Shown in pieces: positions 13,040 through 26,600 of a DNA stretch of 64,000 nucleotides. Positions within the stretch are counted from its first letter, which is position 1. Each line of letters begins with the position of its first letter. The stretch comes from Rhizophagus irregularis (taxonomy: Eukaryota): assembly GCF_026210795.1 (NCBI RefSeq), contig NC_089430.1:2232001-2296000 (forward strand), in the 5' to 3' direction. The translations under genes were made by a program, and so were the position numbers. A model generated the notes under the pieces. That model was not told the DNA's origin. It saw only the letters and a program-made list of their open reading frames with translations, and ran no database searches.

Positions 13040-13260
13040 ATGACAGCTAATGCAGGTGATCATTTGACGATTAGTTCAATCTTTGTTTTTCTCATTGGTT
13101 ACGTTATAAGACAAGTACAAGATGATGATGATTTATTTAAAAGTATCAAATTTAATGTTAATGAATTTGTTGGAAAGGAATATGGTGTTGACAAATTTAA
13201 TATAAAATGTAGATGCTTAAAAGCGGATGAGAGAATTGATAATAAAGCGAAAAAAATCCA
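13040..13260 (+). pseudogene. Exon fragment of a hypothetical gene
   Basis: Follows an AG acceptor and reads as protein-like text (FVFLIGYVIRQVQ...IKFNVNEFVGKE...FNIKCR), then degenerates into AT-rich DNA and a MITE. Confidence 0.3.
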
Positions 13261-13329
13261 TAAACAGATTCTTTTTCTTAATATATTCTACATTATTACA
13301 AACAAAAACATAAATACACAACTCACAAT

Positions 13330-13615
13330 TAGAGGTTTTAATCGATTAATAATCGATTAATATTAAAATATTAAAAATTTTTTTTTTTTGACCGCAGATT
13401 GCACCAAATTGTTTTTGACCATACATTTAGTTATAGGAAAGTCTTATTTATTATTATTATCATTAAAAAATTAATACAAATTCTTCCAAGTTCGGAGAAC
13501 ACGTGACCAAAAATTCACAGCTCTGGGCCGCATTAGATAATTTGACCAGAATTATGGGTTGATAATTTAATCGATTAACCAATTTTTGAGATACCTTAAT
13601 CGATTCCAAACTCTA
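13330..13615. mobile_element. hAT-type MITE with 8-bp TSD CTCACAAT
   Basis: TAGAG...CTCTA termini. CTCACAAT at 13322-13329 and 13616-13623. Subterminal TTAATCGATT motifs. A related inverted copy lies at ~60680-61118. Confidence 0.85.
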
Positions 13616-14789
13616 CTCACAATAAATAACATTAACTGAAAAAATATTAAAGACCGTGCCAACTTAATTCCTGACGCCACCCTAGTTGTTATACAAACTT
13701 TACAAATGATGAGCAATAAATACATAAATTGATACAAATTAATAGTCATTTTTAATGATAGTTACTCAGATTGAAATATATGTTATCATTTTTATATGTG
13801 TGAAAGTGTGTGTAATTTTGTATATGAAAATTTTGCAGGGACTCATTATAATTGATTATATTAATAAATATCAATAACATTTCCATTATAATTCTAATTA
13901 ATATTATGCCTGACCTCACATATGTTCTCACATTTCACGTCTCTTCAGGGCCATCACATAATGCCGCCTGGAATTATCCAAAAAAGATAGGCTCTACAGA
14001 CTTCTCTCAAACTTTCTCAAATTATCTTGAAACTTTCTAAAGAGCTTGTCGCTTTTCCAGAAACAAAAAGTCATTATAATTAAACTGTTTGGTATTAGGA
14101 CATGATGTTATCACTAAGTACATTGGCGAAAGCTCTGAAATCGATGTGTTCAAGCCAACTTTGATCTAGACCGTTGCAGGCTTTAGAAAGTATTCTTTAA
14201 GTAACATGCATTGATTCCATCATAGAATTTTAATCTTGTCTTCGGTATAAATTTTATCTTTAAGGCTATATCTTCTGATAGTGTCTTCCAACGTTTTACC
14301 TCTCGAACAAGAAATTTGCAGTTATCATTCGTTGTCATTCGCCTTCTCAATATCATCATTTTTTTTCACAACCATTAGATCTTGAAAGAAAAAGGAAGGC
14401 GAACCCGTGAAATAAACATAAGGTTTTTACCTAAAACATATGGGACAGGATCATAAGTTTGCTCCTGATAGGCCGTCTGCTAAGAAAGCCTTGAAACAAT
14501 TTAAAAAGTTAAAAATGAAAATTCTTAAAGAGCAAGAGAGATAAAATAGACATTTTATTAAAACTAGAAACGCGTTGCGCGTATTTCAGGTTTTGCTTAG
14601 CAAAAATGCTACAAATTTGTCATTGTGTAAAATTTTTTTATATATTTAAATAAACTTCACTGAAATATAATATAATTTGCATAAAAATAAATCTATGGGC
14701 TTTAATTTTTTAATCATACTGTATGCTAAATCATATATCGCAAATCAAGAAACTTTATTATAAATAAAAGTAATAAAAGTGGTAGAGAA

Positions 14790-14950
14790 GCAAGCGAAAT
14801 GTATAATGCTATCAAGGAGAGAGGGGCTACGCGGAATCCTAGGCCATTTAATGCGAGTCCCAGCATCATATTATTTTTTTGCTCCTACATTTATGGTAAA
14901 TTTCTACAGCTATCGCTAATACTTCTAACTACAAGGTTCTCTCACTTTCA
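14790..14950. repeat. Dispersed repeat, second copy at ~28345-28490
   Basis: Shared gaaatgta..atgct.tcaa.gag...gg.tacgcgga.tcct..ccatttaatgc...ctacagcta...acaag.ttctc. Confidence 0.6.
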
Positions 14951-15212
14951 TACATTCGGGAGAAGTGAACATGTATTCGCATTATTACATCATGGGGCGC
15001 AACCGCGACGATCAAAAATCACGTGAGTATTCGGGTCAAAATTCGGACCTGAATACTTTTTATCGAAGCTCTTTTCTTGTCAACGGATCTACATGTAATC
15101 TCAAGTCAAGATGTCATGAAATCACGCGGTAGTTATAAAAAATTTTTTATTAATACATTCGAAAAATAAATACAAAGGATCGGGAGCCCGTGATAAATGA
15201 CGTCTATGCTCG

Positions 15213-15652
15213 CTACGACATATTCATTACGCATGGCCTCCAAGCTATCCGGCTGTAAAGTTCCGTATGAGCGCAACCTACCGAAAATTTCTTCCATGCA
15301 ACGCTTGAAGGCCTTATTTTCATCTTGAATCTCGTAAATTTGCGGTTCTTAAACAAAGGGATAGAAACTATACCATCGGAGTCGAGACCATATTCCGCTA
15401 ACACCCCACTCAAGCTAAAGTATGCCGAGAACGCTTTTAATTTTTTCTCCTTACAGTCCTTGGCGAGGGCCTCATTTCATGTCATAATCTCGAAAATCTT
15501 GCTTGGTCATGTCAAGGAAGTACCATTAATCTCTTCCTCTTCTAAAATTTTGTCGCTGACTCTTCAAAAATTCGATAAGCTTGGTCGTGTCATTTTTTAA
15601 CATCGTCTGCTAGTGTGATAGAGGTAGAAGCTGGTGTATTAGTTTCAGACAT
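15213..15652 (-). pseudogene. Truncated, frameshifted member of an expanded Glomeromycota family (SAM-like N-terminus, Crinkler-associated type)
   Basis: MSETNTPASTSITLADDV...TKLIEFL...KDCKEKKLKAFSAYFSLSGVLAEYGLDSDGI.SIPLF...CMEEI.GRLRSYGTLQPDSLEAMRNEYVVA read across frameshifts. The family was recognised from memory. Confidence 0.6.
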
Positions 15653-16855
15653 AGGATATTTGGCTCGGGAAAAAAAATAGTGTTACTTTCCGGAGTGAGA
15701 TAAAGTTAGTAATATAGCGTAATATCACGTAAATTTACGAAATTATGCCATAAACTTTTGCTAACTTATAAAATTATAATTGATATTCTCACATTGTATA
15801 AGAAAAATGAATCCATTTTTTTACTAACCATATTACCATAACTTTACTAATAAGTGTAACAAGAGAGCTTTTATCATGACGATAATCAAACTAAAGTTCG
15901 ATTCAAACCTTAATAGTAACAAATTATAATTATTAAAAAAGACTTACAACTAAAATAAATTATAAAATAATTAATTAAAATTATATAAATACTATCATCG
16001 GTCATCATATTACTTTCGTCGACCGGTTTGACCGAAGATGAATTTTGAAATGCGTTGGCATTCGACGTCGATTCTTGAGTAAGTTGAGCTTCAGCAGCAG
16101 CTTTTTCAGCTCGTCGTTGTTGGGCAGCTTCTTTATCTTTACGGCGTTTTAATAACGCTTAATTTATTATTTAAGAAAATTGTTACAATTCACATCTTCC
16201 CCAGTAACACCATCAAAAAAAGCTCGGGCATGTGATTTTTGAGCATGTGATTTGTAACATACGGCGCAGTTTGTGGTTACTGATATTTATCGCGTATTAT
16301 TTAAGCTATTATTTAAGCTTTCTTTTCGTGTCTACATTACCAAATACCAAGAATACAAATTTATTTTTAAAACAAAAGGTTGGCTTATTTTCTTTACAAT
16401 GGCTATAAATCTTTTAAAACAAAACTTGCAAAAAATATGAAACCTGTAGAAATACCAAGTAAGCAATAATACCAGTTCAACAAACTAAATTGCAACTGTT
16501 ATTTTGACAGCCTAATTAATGCGACCTTCTCTTCTAAAAGAGCAAAACTAGTCTGTATTATAGTAGTAAGGAAGTCATATAGTCCTATTAATACAGTAAA
16601 TTAGGTGAAGACGTTGAACATTTTCAAATAAGTGAACCATGCCATTAACATGGAAGGGGCATACTGATAGCACTCATTATTTACAATAATTTATTTCAAA
16701 TTAATGTATTTTAATAAATTGAAATTGAATAAATTTTATTGTTAAATTAATATTACATTCTATTTTAATAAAATAATTACTCAAATTTCATTAATTTACT
16801 CTTATGAATTAACATCTATAAAATTTCATTATATCCTCAAGCAATCATCTTTGGA

Positions 16856-17140
16856 GTGGAGTATCTTAGGGTAAGCCGGGAAAGTTAGTTTAGGCCGAAA
16901 TACTTATCTTTAAAGATAACATTGACGTTGGAGTATCTTAGGGTTAGGGTAAGGAAAGTTGATTTAGGCGGAAATACATATCCTTGAAGATAACGTAGAT
17001 GTTGGAGTTTCTTAGTGTTAGGGTAAGGAAAGTTGATTTAGGCGGAAATACTTATTCTTGAAGATAATGTAGATGTTGGAGTTTCTTAGGGTTAGGTAAG
17101 GAAAGTTGGTTTAGGCTGAAACTTTTACCTTTGGAGTTAG
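16856..17140. repeat. 74-bp minisatellite (~3.8 units) containing TTAGGG motifs
   Basis: Unit starts at 16856, 16928, 17002 and 17076. The unit includes CTTAGGGTTAGGGTAAGG. Confidence 0.85.
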
Positions 17141-17339
17141 TTAGGTTAAGTAGCAATAGCCGCGTAGTGCAATTTCAATAGCCACACTTAGCCACAGTCA
17201 AATCACATGAATCACGTGCCCGAGCTTTTTTTGATGGTTACGCTTGGCCGGCTGGGGGAGTTTACAATTCACACAAGTATCACGTGACTTATGTAAAGTG
17301 GCTTGTTTGTGGCTACATCCACTATCAGATTAATAGACT

Positions 17340-17520
17340 TTTTTTCCTCACGAAACGGTAAACTCTTTCTTAATGAAACAAAAAACAACCTGTTAGTTCT
17401 GCTAGGAACATCTGGATGCGGAAAAACAAAAACATATTATGAGTTACTATGTTATAATTGAATACTTTACTTTGTAGCATCACGCAAGGGAAATGGAGGC
17501 CCATATGACATTGACAACAA
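17340..17520 (+). pseudogene. P-loop NTPase gene fragment (Crinkler-like family)
   Basis: LLVLLGTSGCGKTKTYYELLC is a Walker A motif, followed by a stop/frameshift and then LYFVASRKGNGG. Confidence 0.6.
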
Positions 17521-17559
17521 AGTACCCGCTGTGCGATTCTTTCATGAATTTTTACGCTA

Positions 17560-17721
17560 CAGTCAAACCTTCATATAACGATATGTCGGGACATATATGA
17601 AATTTTTAGGAAATATCATTATATCAAAGTTATACCGATATTTATATGTCCTCAAATACAGTCGGAAAATAAAATTTTATCGGTATATCAAGTTTTTAAT
17701 AGTATATCGGTGGTTAGACTG
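17560..17721. mobile_element. Short Tc1/mariner-type MITE
   Basis: TA|CAGTCAAACC...GGTTAGACTG|TA. Confidence 0.65.
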
Positions 17722-19257
17722 TATTTCATTGTATCAGAACATCCTCAACAATATTAATCCACACTTGCTGCAAGAGTGCTGCAAGCCGATTTGGAAAATC
17801 CTATGATGATCAGTTTCGTGTACTGATGCTGCAACGTTTATTATTAAGGAAGGAAAAGTTTTAACATATTGCTGCAAATTTTGCTAGTTTAATTTAAACT
17901 TTAATGATTTATTATGGATATATGATTAAAATATTTTTGCTTGTATGGTAAAATTAATCTCTACATAGACTTTAATGGAAGTCAAATTCTCAAAAAAAAA
18001 AATTTATTACGTGATTTATGACTGTTACATCGTTATTTTTTAAATTTTGAATGTTACTAAAATCCAGAAAATCGTTTTTTTTTTAATTGAGTATAATTTA
18101 TTTAATTTTAAGGATCCAGGGTTAAAAATTTACCGCGAGTTGATGATCAATGACATTAGCTTCGATAACAAACCGTCAACTTGATTACAAATATCATTCC
18201 TTAAATATTGGTTTATTTATTTATTTTATTGATGACATTATTCCTTTTAAAACAAAAATATCACAATAACCAAACCGACCAAATCCTTTTAATTTTGTAC
18301 CATCCATTGCTAGTGATAGTTCAGAATGGTCTAATGTTAATCAACTGATGCTGCTCATCCCGATACAAGGCCTGCACCAGGAAAATGAAATAAAAGAAAA
18401 AGAGATACTTGGTGCCGGATTATTCTTTCATACTTGAAGATATACCTGCTTCACGTAAATACCATTAGTGGTTGTAGTAATAAAGAACAATTGTGTAAAT
18501 TATTATGAGTAAAAACTAAAACAAAAAGTCTCTAAAGACAAACTAAAAGCAAAAATATATCAATTGAAAGAACCACATGGATTTTCGAATATCTAATTTT
18601 GTTGAGATTAATGTTGGTCAGTGCCATAATTCTGGCCTACATTATATTTTAATATTTTAATTAAAATCAATGTGATAAGAAATGACTAGTGGCGAAAAAA
18701 GTTGCGCTCACGTGACATTTGGCCCGCATTACGGCGTTATACCCCTCAGATAAATACAGTATAAAAAGTGGAAGCGCGGTGGGGTGTGACGGTCGTGATG
18801 AATAAAATACAGTCACGTGACTGCAACTTTAGACGTACGTCAAATGATGAGGTCATTTCCATTTTCCAAACACTGATATGTGATGATTACCTGCGGTGAG
18901 ACTTATTTTATTTATCCTATTAATTTATCCGATTAACAATGATTTTTTTGTTTTTTTTTAAAGAAATATATATATATAATTCATTTTCGATTATACACAG
19001 CAACTTTAAATTTTATAAGGTGATGCCGTTAAATATGAAGAAAATATTCTTAAGACATGCTAAATTCCAATTTCTGTATGTATACACTAAATACTTTTTT
19101 AGGTATTATTTACAATTATAAAAAAAAGATTAGATTTGTCGCAGCACTTCTAAAAATAAGAAAAAAAGAATTTTTTTTTCTAAGGATGATAAAGAAAATT
19201 CCATCAAGAATTTCTTATTAAAAAATATATATATATATATATCATATTACTAATTAT

Positions 19258-19374
19258 AAATAATCGTTGAAAGAGATTTTCAAAGATGTACATTAGCCTA
19301 TACATCTTTGTTAATTAGAAATAATCGCTGAAAGAGATTTTCAAAAGACGTACATTAGCTTATGCATCTTTGTT
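19258..19374. repeat. ~60-bp tandem duplication upstream of the ML gene
   Basis: aaataatcgYtgaaagagattttcaaa(a)gaYgtacattagcYtatRcatctttgtt occurs twice. Confidence 0.8.
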
Positions 19375-19580
19375 TGTCATTTTAGTAATATTAACAATGA
19401 ATAATAAGTTTTTCTTTGATTAAAATATTAATATGCATGAGATCTAAAACTTATTTAGTTTACAATAAATCAAGTTTAGGGCGCAGTTATTGTTATCTTG
19501 GCATTCTTTTTTTTCTTTTTTTTGCTTATAAAAAAGCAATGACTCTTACCAACTTTTTTCAAAAAAAAAAAATCTACAGA

Positions 19581-20024
19581 ATGAAACATTTTATTTTTAC
19601 AATAATTTTATTTGCTACGCTTTTAATGGCAAATGCTCTACAATTTTCACAATGCTCCGGAAATTATCCAAATCCAGTTAATGTGTCTATATTACCTGAT
19701 CCTCCCATTTTTGGACAGCCTGTGGAAGTCTTTATTTCCATAATGGCATATACAACAGTCGAAGTTGGTGCATATGTTGATATTCAAGTGAACAATCCTG
19801 ATTGGGTGTTTCCATTCACTTTCCAACAAGATATTTGTAATGATAATTATGTTAAAAATTGTCCAATATCAGATACTTATCAATTTAATTACCCATATTA
19901 TTTCTTAGTCGGCAGTAAAACTTTAACGGTTAATATTAAAGCAAGACTTGTGAATCCAGATAATACTATTTTAAGCTGTATCGATGGTAGTGTTACTATA
20001 CAAGCACCGGTTTCACAAAAGTAG
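19581..20024 (+). CDS. Secreted ML (MD-2-related lipid-recognition / NPC2-like) domain protein, 147 aa
   Basis: True start is likely the ATG at 19581 (MKHFIFTIILFATLLMANA signal peptide). FSQC..VSILPDPP..DIC..CPI..LSC matches the ML cysteine pattern. Confidence 0.85.
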   Translation: MKHFIFTIILFATLLMANALQFSQCSGNYPNPVNVSILPDPPIFGQPVEVFISIMAYTTVEVGAYVDIQVNNPDWVFPFTFQQDICNDNYVKNCPISDTYQFNYPYYFLVGSKTLTVNIKARLVNPDNTILSCIDGSVTIQAPVSQK

Positions 20025-20093
20025 GCAAAAGTTAAACTATAGTACTGTTAAAAGTTGAATAGTAATTTTTTATATTTATTGTTATTATCTTTA

Positions 20094-21614
20094 TTATGGT
20101 GTACATATTGTATCTATTGGCGGTTTCATTCCCTTCATCTGCTTGGATTTATTGTATTTATGAATAATAAATCCAATAAATCCAACAACAATTATACTAA
20201 GAATAGTAGTTCCTATTAAAATATTATCTTTAAAAGGAGTGGTGTCAACTCTATTATAATAATCCACTTCAGTAAAATTTGCATAATCTCCAATCTTATA
20301 AATAAGAACATCATTACTAGCTTGTTGGGTAGTTCCTTGACCTAAGAAAAGAAAATAAAAATTTGTTATAATAAAATCTTTTATTTGTTTCACTTAAAAA
20401 TAATAGTATTGAATAATGCGTACCGAAAGCGATAAACATATAATTATTATAAAATGTCGCAGTATGACCTCTATAAGGAGCTTCAATTATAGTTTCATTT
20501 CCATGATACCATTCTCGTGTTTTTACATTTAAGACTACGTAATAATTTTCTACCGGTGATTTCAGAGCATTAGCCCCCCCGAATACAATAATCCTATCAT
20601 CATTTGCTTTATTAAATTAAGAGAATTTAATCAGGATCAGAGCTACTTTAAAAAATAAAAATACACTTTAATACTTACTTAAAACAGCAGTATGTTGACA
20701 TCTTTGTTCTGGTGAATTTTTGGTTTCCTATTTTAATATATTATAAGTAATTTGATAGTTTATAATATTTTACAGTAATTATTAGTGACACGTACCCATT
20801 TATTCCACTTGTCGTTTATAGTATCATAAACATCTAACTATTATTAAAAACATAAAGCGTTAATCCTTATATATAATCGTACATGCATATAATAAACAAA
20901 GAGAATTAGTTTACGTGCATTAGTTATATCTATTAATCCATTATTACCACATCCTCCAATATAAACTATTTCGCTAGTATCAGGTAAAAAAGTGGCAGTA
21001 TGTCCTTCTCTTTTAAGTAATGTATTATCGATTGTACCATGAGTCCAAATATTTTTAGTACTATCAAAAATATTCGTTGTGTTATAACGTATGTATTGAG
21101 TATCACCAAATTTTCCGCCTCCTCCACCTCCAAAAAGATATACATTGTTATTATTATCCGTAACTGCGCTCAAAAATCTTCTCCTTTCAACCTCATTTTC
21201 AGAAACTGCCATATTTTTCCATGTTAACGGTGATTGTGTTGTATCAAGCGTATATATTAACTGTATCGTATTTTGAAGAGCACCTATATCTCCACTAAAA
21301 AAGAAAATCGAATTTTTTGATTTACCAAAAACGGTAGTTGCTGCTCCATAATGTCTTGGTACTGAACCACCCAAAGTTACATTTACAAATGGTAATGAAT
21401 CTTTCGTTTTATTAAATGATTTTGAAATATCAAGATAGAAGAAATCATTTGTTAAAAGGCTTTCATTATTTTGACCGCCAAGATAATATATTCTCGTTCC
21501 TATTAATGTTGATGTATGAAAAACTCTTCCTTTTGGAACATATTGTTGACAATTTATATTAACAATGATTTGAAAAAAAGTTATATATAGAATTAAATTT
21601 TTTGGATTTATCAT
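20094..21614 (-). CDS. Kelch-repeat type-I membrane protein (~405 aa), paralog 1
   Basis: Exons 21614-20919, 20837-20796, 20727-20679, 20606-20424 and 20341-20094 join in frame (1218 nt). Signal peptide, repeated R.xHT(A/S)T...I(Y/F).GG Kelch blades and a C-terminal TM helix (ILIGTTILSIIVVGFIGFII). Confidence 0.85.
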
Positions 21615-22091
21615 TTTTGTTTTTTTTTAAAAAAAAAATATTTTTTCCCGAAATATGCTGTGTATTTATAAAAAAAGTATTTTTTTTAAAAAAAAATATA
21701 TATATATATATAGTTTTAAAAAAAAGAAAAAAAAAGAAAATGAAATTTCATTTTCTTTATATATATAGAAATTAAACTATTAAATCAGCTGACAATAAGC
21801 CATGTACATGTGCCTAACAATTTTAATTGTTTTATTCGGATATTTAAAAAAAACGTTTTGACAATCAATTTAATCAATTTGGTTAATGCAAAGATAATAC
21901 GAGTCACATGATTTGTGCGTTTAAATACTTTACGTTTGAAAGTTTTAATATTGCTATTTTCTCTGCAAATTCATACAGTATAATAATTATCAATATAAAA
22001 CAAAATAATGTCTATAAAAGAATGAATCTAATTTATTTACTTTTGTGAATTGAAATGCGTATTATATTACATCTAATTAATCTAATTCTAA

Positions 22092-23655
22092 TTATGGTTC
22101 AGACATTATAAACACTGGCGGCCGTTCCCCTGGGTACTTAACAAATTTATTACGAATTTTAATTCCAAAAAATCCAATAATAATAGAAAATAATACACTT
22201 ATTACGGCTCCTACAATAAATATAATTTTTTTAGATGGATCTGGTGGATCTTCAGTCGTAAGCACTTCAGTAAAATTTGCATAATCTCCAATTTTATAAA
22301 TTAAAATATCACTATTAAATGGTTTGTCTGTTGAATAGATGCTGCCTAAAAAAAAAGGAAAGTTACTTATTAAATAATTACGAATTTTATTGTATTTTCT
22401 TTTTTAAAAAAAATACTTACCAAAAGCAACGAACATAAAATCATTAATTAAAGTTGCAGTATGTCCTACATATGGAACTCTATCTAATGAATTTGGCACC
22501 CCATGATACCATTCCAATGTATTTGTATTTAATACTACATAATAGTTTAGTACCGGAATTTCAGTACTTATTACTATTGGTAGTTTTGTTTCAATAGTAC
22601 CAACTCCCCCGAATATAATGATTCTTTCATCATTTGCTTTAAAATTGATCAAATTTTTATTTTATTAATAAGAAAGATTAAAAGATGTAAGATAAAATCA
22701 TTCTTAACACTTACTAAAAACAGCTGTATGTAAGTATCTTGGTTCCGGGGGATTTGTGGTCGTCTATTATCACGTTATATGAAAAATTTTAAAAAATAAA
22801 AATTCATAATTTCTTTTCAGTTAACAATAAATAATACACATACCAATGTATTCCACGTATCATTTGTAATATTATAAACGTCTATCTATTATAAAGGTAT
22901 ATATTATTTGAATTATACAGTACGTATATAAAAATTGTAAAATATTTTATCGTAATTACGTGCTTACGTACATTAGTTATATTTGCGAATGCGTTTTCAC
23001 CATAACCTCCAATGTAAATGATTTCTTTAGTTCTAGGTAAAAAAGTAGCAGTATATCCTTTCTTTCCAAGTGGCCCATTTTTACCAATAGTCCAATTATT
23101 TAAAATAGTATCAAAAACATTCATTTCATTACTATTATCGAACGGTTTAGTAGCATCAACAAATTCACCCCCAAAAAGATATATTTTATCATTATTATCT
23201 GTTATCGCAGATAAATGTCTTCTTCTATCAGGTATCATACCTGAAATTGTTATATTTTTCCATTCTAATTGTGTTATATTAAACGAAAACGCTAATTCAG
23301 ATGAACTAATAGATTTTCCCATATCTCCACCAAAAAAGAAAATTGAATCCTTTAGTTCACCAAATGAAGTTGTTGTTGCTCCATAATGTTTCGGTATATT
23401 TAAAGATTTATCATTTAAATTTACAAATGGTAATGTTCCTTTTTTTTTATCAATTTTTTTTAATTTATCTAGATAAAAAAAATCATTTGTTGAACCTTCT
23501 TTTGATTTTCCGCCAAAAAAAAATATTTTTTCATCAATCAATGTTGCTGTATGAAAATTTCTTTCCATCGGAATATCATTTTGTTGACAAGTTATTTCTA
23601 AAATTATCTGTAAAAAAATTATGTAATAAATAATCAATATTTTTATATTTTTCAT
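22092..23655 (-). CDS. Kelch-repeat type-I membrane protein (~414 aa), paralog 2
   Basis: Exons 23655-22972, 22885-22844, 22763-22715, 22636-22421 and 22345-22092 (1245 nt), with the same intron positions as paralog 1. TM helix IIFIVGAVISVLFSIIIGFFGI. Confidence 0.87.
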
Positions 23656-26600
23656 CTCTTTTTTTTAAAAAAAAAATAAATAAATAAATACAGTAAATTA
23701 AACATCGTTATATTGTGATAGTTAATAAAATTACTAATTTAAGCCAATAATTATTAACCGATATTGGATCAAATGAAACATTTCAATCGGTGTTTAACTC
23801 CGGATTGATCGGCTTAAAAATTTTGTGACAAATCTGCTGCATAATAGGCATAATAGGCTAACTATATTTCTTTCAAATTTAAAAACAAATGAAGAAACTG
23901 TGTAACATTTCATTGATCCAATTATTCTATTTGAATTTCCTATTTGAAAAAAAAAGGTTTGTTAAACAAATCAGTAAAGAAATGGATAATTATGGATAAT
24001 AACTCATTCTATACGGAATATATGTCATAATCTACTTATCAGAAATATTTTTTCAGAAGCCAGAATTTGGTACTAAATGCCGATACTGTATTTTCATCAT
24101 CAACATTATGCTGTTTTTGACCATCACAGGATTATTTCGTATACATCTCATCAGGTCAAGGATTTATTGCGAAAGATTATTAATGTATGGAAATTCTATC
24201 AGAACGCTTTGATATGATATTCTATACTTTTTAAAAAGTAAATGAATCTATTAAAACAATATAACAGTATCGTACTATATTCTATTATTAAATTAATAAA
24301 ATGATTTTAAATTTGGAGTTAGAAGGTAGAAAAAGTCAATTATGTAAAAAACATTTTCATTTATGTTAAAACCAATTACCAAGAAAAAATACATTTTTTC
24401 AACCAGTCATTTGACAGTTGTGTGCTTATTTTGATAAATATGAAAATGATTTCCAAAATAGATCAAAATTTGTAGACGTTCTCTTAATACAGTACGTAGG
24501 CGTCTAAACTCTAAAGAGTAATTCATTATTTGAATCAATCCATATATTCTAGAAAAAATGGTAGACAGATCACATTTATTATTTGAAAATGTTGAATATT
24601 TAGCAAAAGGGGGACGCAGTTGGATATGTCCGCTATGTGATAAATTCCCCAAATATATTTAATCCTAACTATAATCGGAAGTAATTTTTTCAGGTAACAA
24701 TAATTGGCGTATTTACGATTATCTCAAATTGTGCATTTTTCATTTTATTTTTCTGTAAAAGAAATTCGAACTTCATATATGCAACAAATTTAAATAGTAC
24801 TTTTAAGATTGTAAATTCTTGAAACAAGTTCCTGCATAATATATTAGTATATAGTAAAGTAATATATATGGTACTATATGATATAATAAGTAATGTATTA
24901 TTAATTATGTACAGGTACAATGGGTACGAAGCCAATCGTACCGAAATACCATAGGAATTACAATATCACATGAATAACCATTAACAACATTATAGTTGTA
25001 TTATAAAATATGAATACTAATTTTATAAAAAAAATTCCTTTACCTTCTTAATGGTAAGTTTTAAAATTAAATTAAATAGAAAAAAAATTATTCGTATCGT
25101 ACCTGTAAGATTAATATAATATATAACTGTACATCCAGACGCTAAGATAGGCAGATGGAGAAAGCATACCGGTTAAAGTTTCATACCTGAAACACAATCA
25201 AATAAATAATACCTATAATATATCTAAGCTTTTTGAGCTTAACAATGATGATGCATTATCACATGAACTTGCTGCTGCGCATAAAGATTCTCGTGAATTT
25301 TTTACGACGCACGTGATGATGTTTCTAAGTGACGGAATAATGTATGTCGGGATTTTGAATTTTCGGGATTATAATTTGTCAGGATTGTGAGCGTCGAGTT
25401 TGTGTTATAACGGGGTACTGGTTAGGATTTCGTAGTGCAAGTTATTATTTAGAGTCGAAATTTTTTTTTTTATTATATGAGAATTCTATTATCGCAAATT
25501 ATTTTTATGCTAAAAGAATGTTCGTTTCTTTATTGTAAGTAAAAGAACTTTTTTTTTATTTTAATATAACGTCTACAAAATATTATCGGTTGGTACAATC
25601 ATCGATTTTTTTTAGCGAGAGATTAACAATTTCACGTTATGATTTAAAATATGAAAATGAATGTCTTATACTTATATAGAAATCTATGTACAAATGATTG
25701 ATTTAGTGATTCGTGCAAAACCGAAACTAAATCCTTGTCGAAACTTCCGAAACCTGGTGAATTGGTTCGCCAAGTATAATCCGAAACTGGCGAAATTTTC
25801 GAAACTGTTCGAAACTTAACCAAACTTTTGTAACTTTCGTAATTTGGCGAAACAATATAATATATATGATCGCACAAACAAAAATCTTTATAGTATCAAC
25901 TATTTCATTGCTAGGTAACAAAAATTTAGGACAACCACCAACATTTTTTCTTTCTTTGGTGTAGTTATAGTCTATAGGAGTCGCATTTAAAGAAGGGTTC
26001 ATATCTAATAATTTTGAAATGTGTTTATGAATTTTTTCGTATGTACCAAAATTTTATAGGATTTTCTGTAATAAAATAAAAAAAAAAATATTAAAAAATG
26101 TCTAACTCTATGACTGCTATAACTGTTTAGTTTAGCAAAAATTTTACCAAAGGTACTACTTCAAATAGATGGTGTTATAAATAATAATAAAGCGGATTGC
26201 CTATTGCGATTAAAAAATTAAAAAAAAATCAATTTCCGGCTGATAAATATTATTAAATTATCTTACATGTATATAAATATGCTATCCTAACTCCCTTTAA
26301 ACATAAACTCTTGTTATTATTGATTTATTAGTTATATTGTCACATTAGCAAATTGTGAAAAATAACAAGATATACAGAGCAGGGAAGGTAAAATGGTTGT
26401 TTGTTATAATGATATGCATATATTAGTGATTATTATGAAATTTCCAACAGTTAAAAAAAAAAATTGTTCTACAGGTACCAAAATTGTTATTCATATTTAC
26501 ATATTGAAAAATCCACTTACATTCTTGCTCTTCAGTTGGTAATGCTAAAGAACTAAAAAAAGTATCATTAGTATGGTTGGTACCAGAGGACCATACTATA

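Noticed and set aside
16856..17140. Possible CRISPR array or true telomere
   Set aside because: The units are whole tandem repeats with no unique spacers, there are no cas genes, the context is eukaryotic, and there are at most two consecutive TTAGGG.
19416..19580. N-terminal extension of the ML ORF
   Set aside because: It starts at TTG and runs through promoter-like poly-T/TATA/poly-A sequence. The signal peptide begins at the ATG at 19581.
23018..23633. Plus-strand ORFs over Kelch paralog 2, and similar shadow ORFs over the protease and the transposase
   Set aside because: They are antisense or alternative-frame shadows of real genes.
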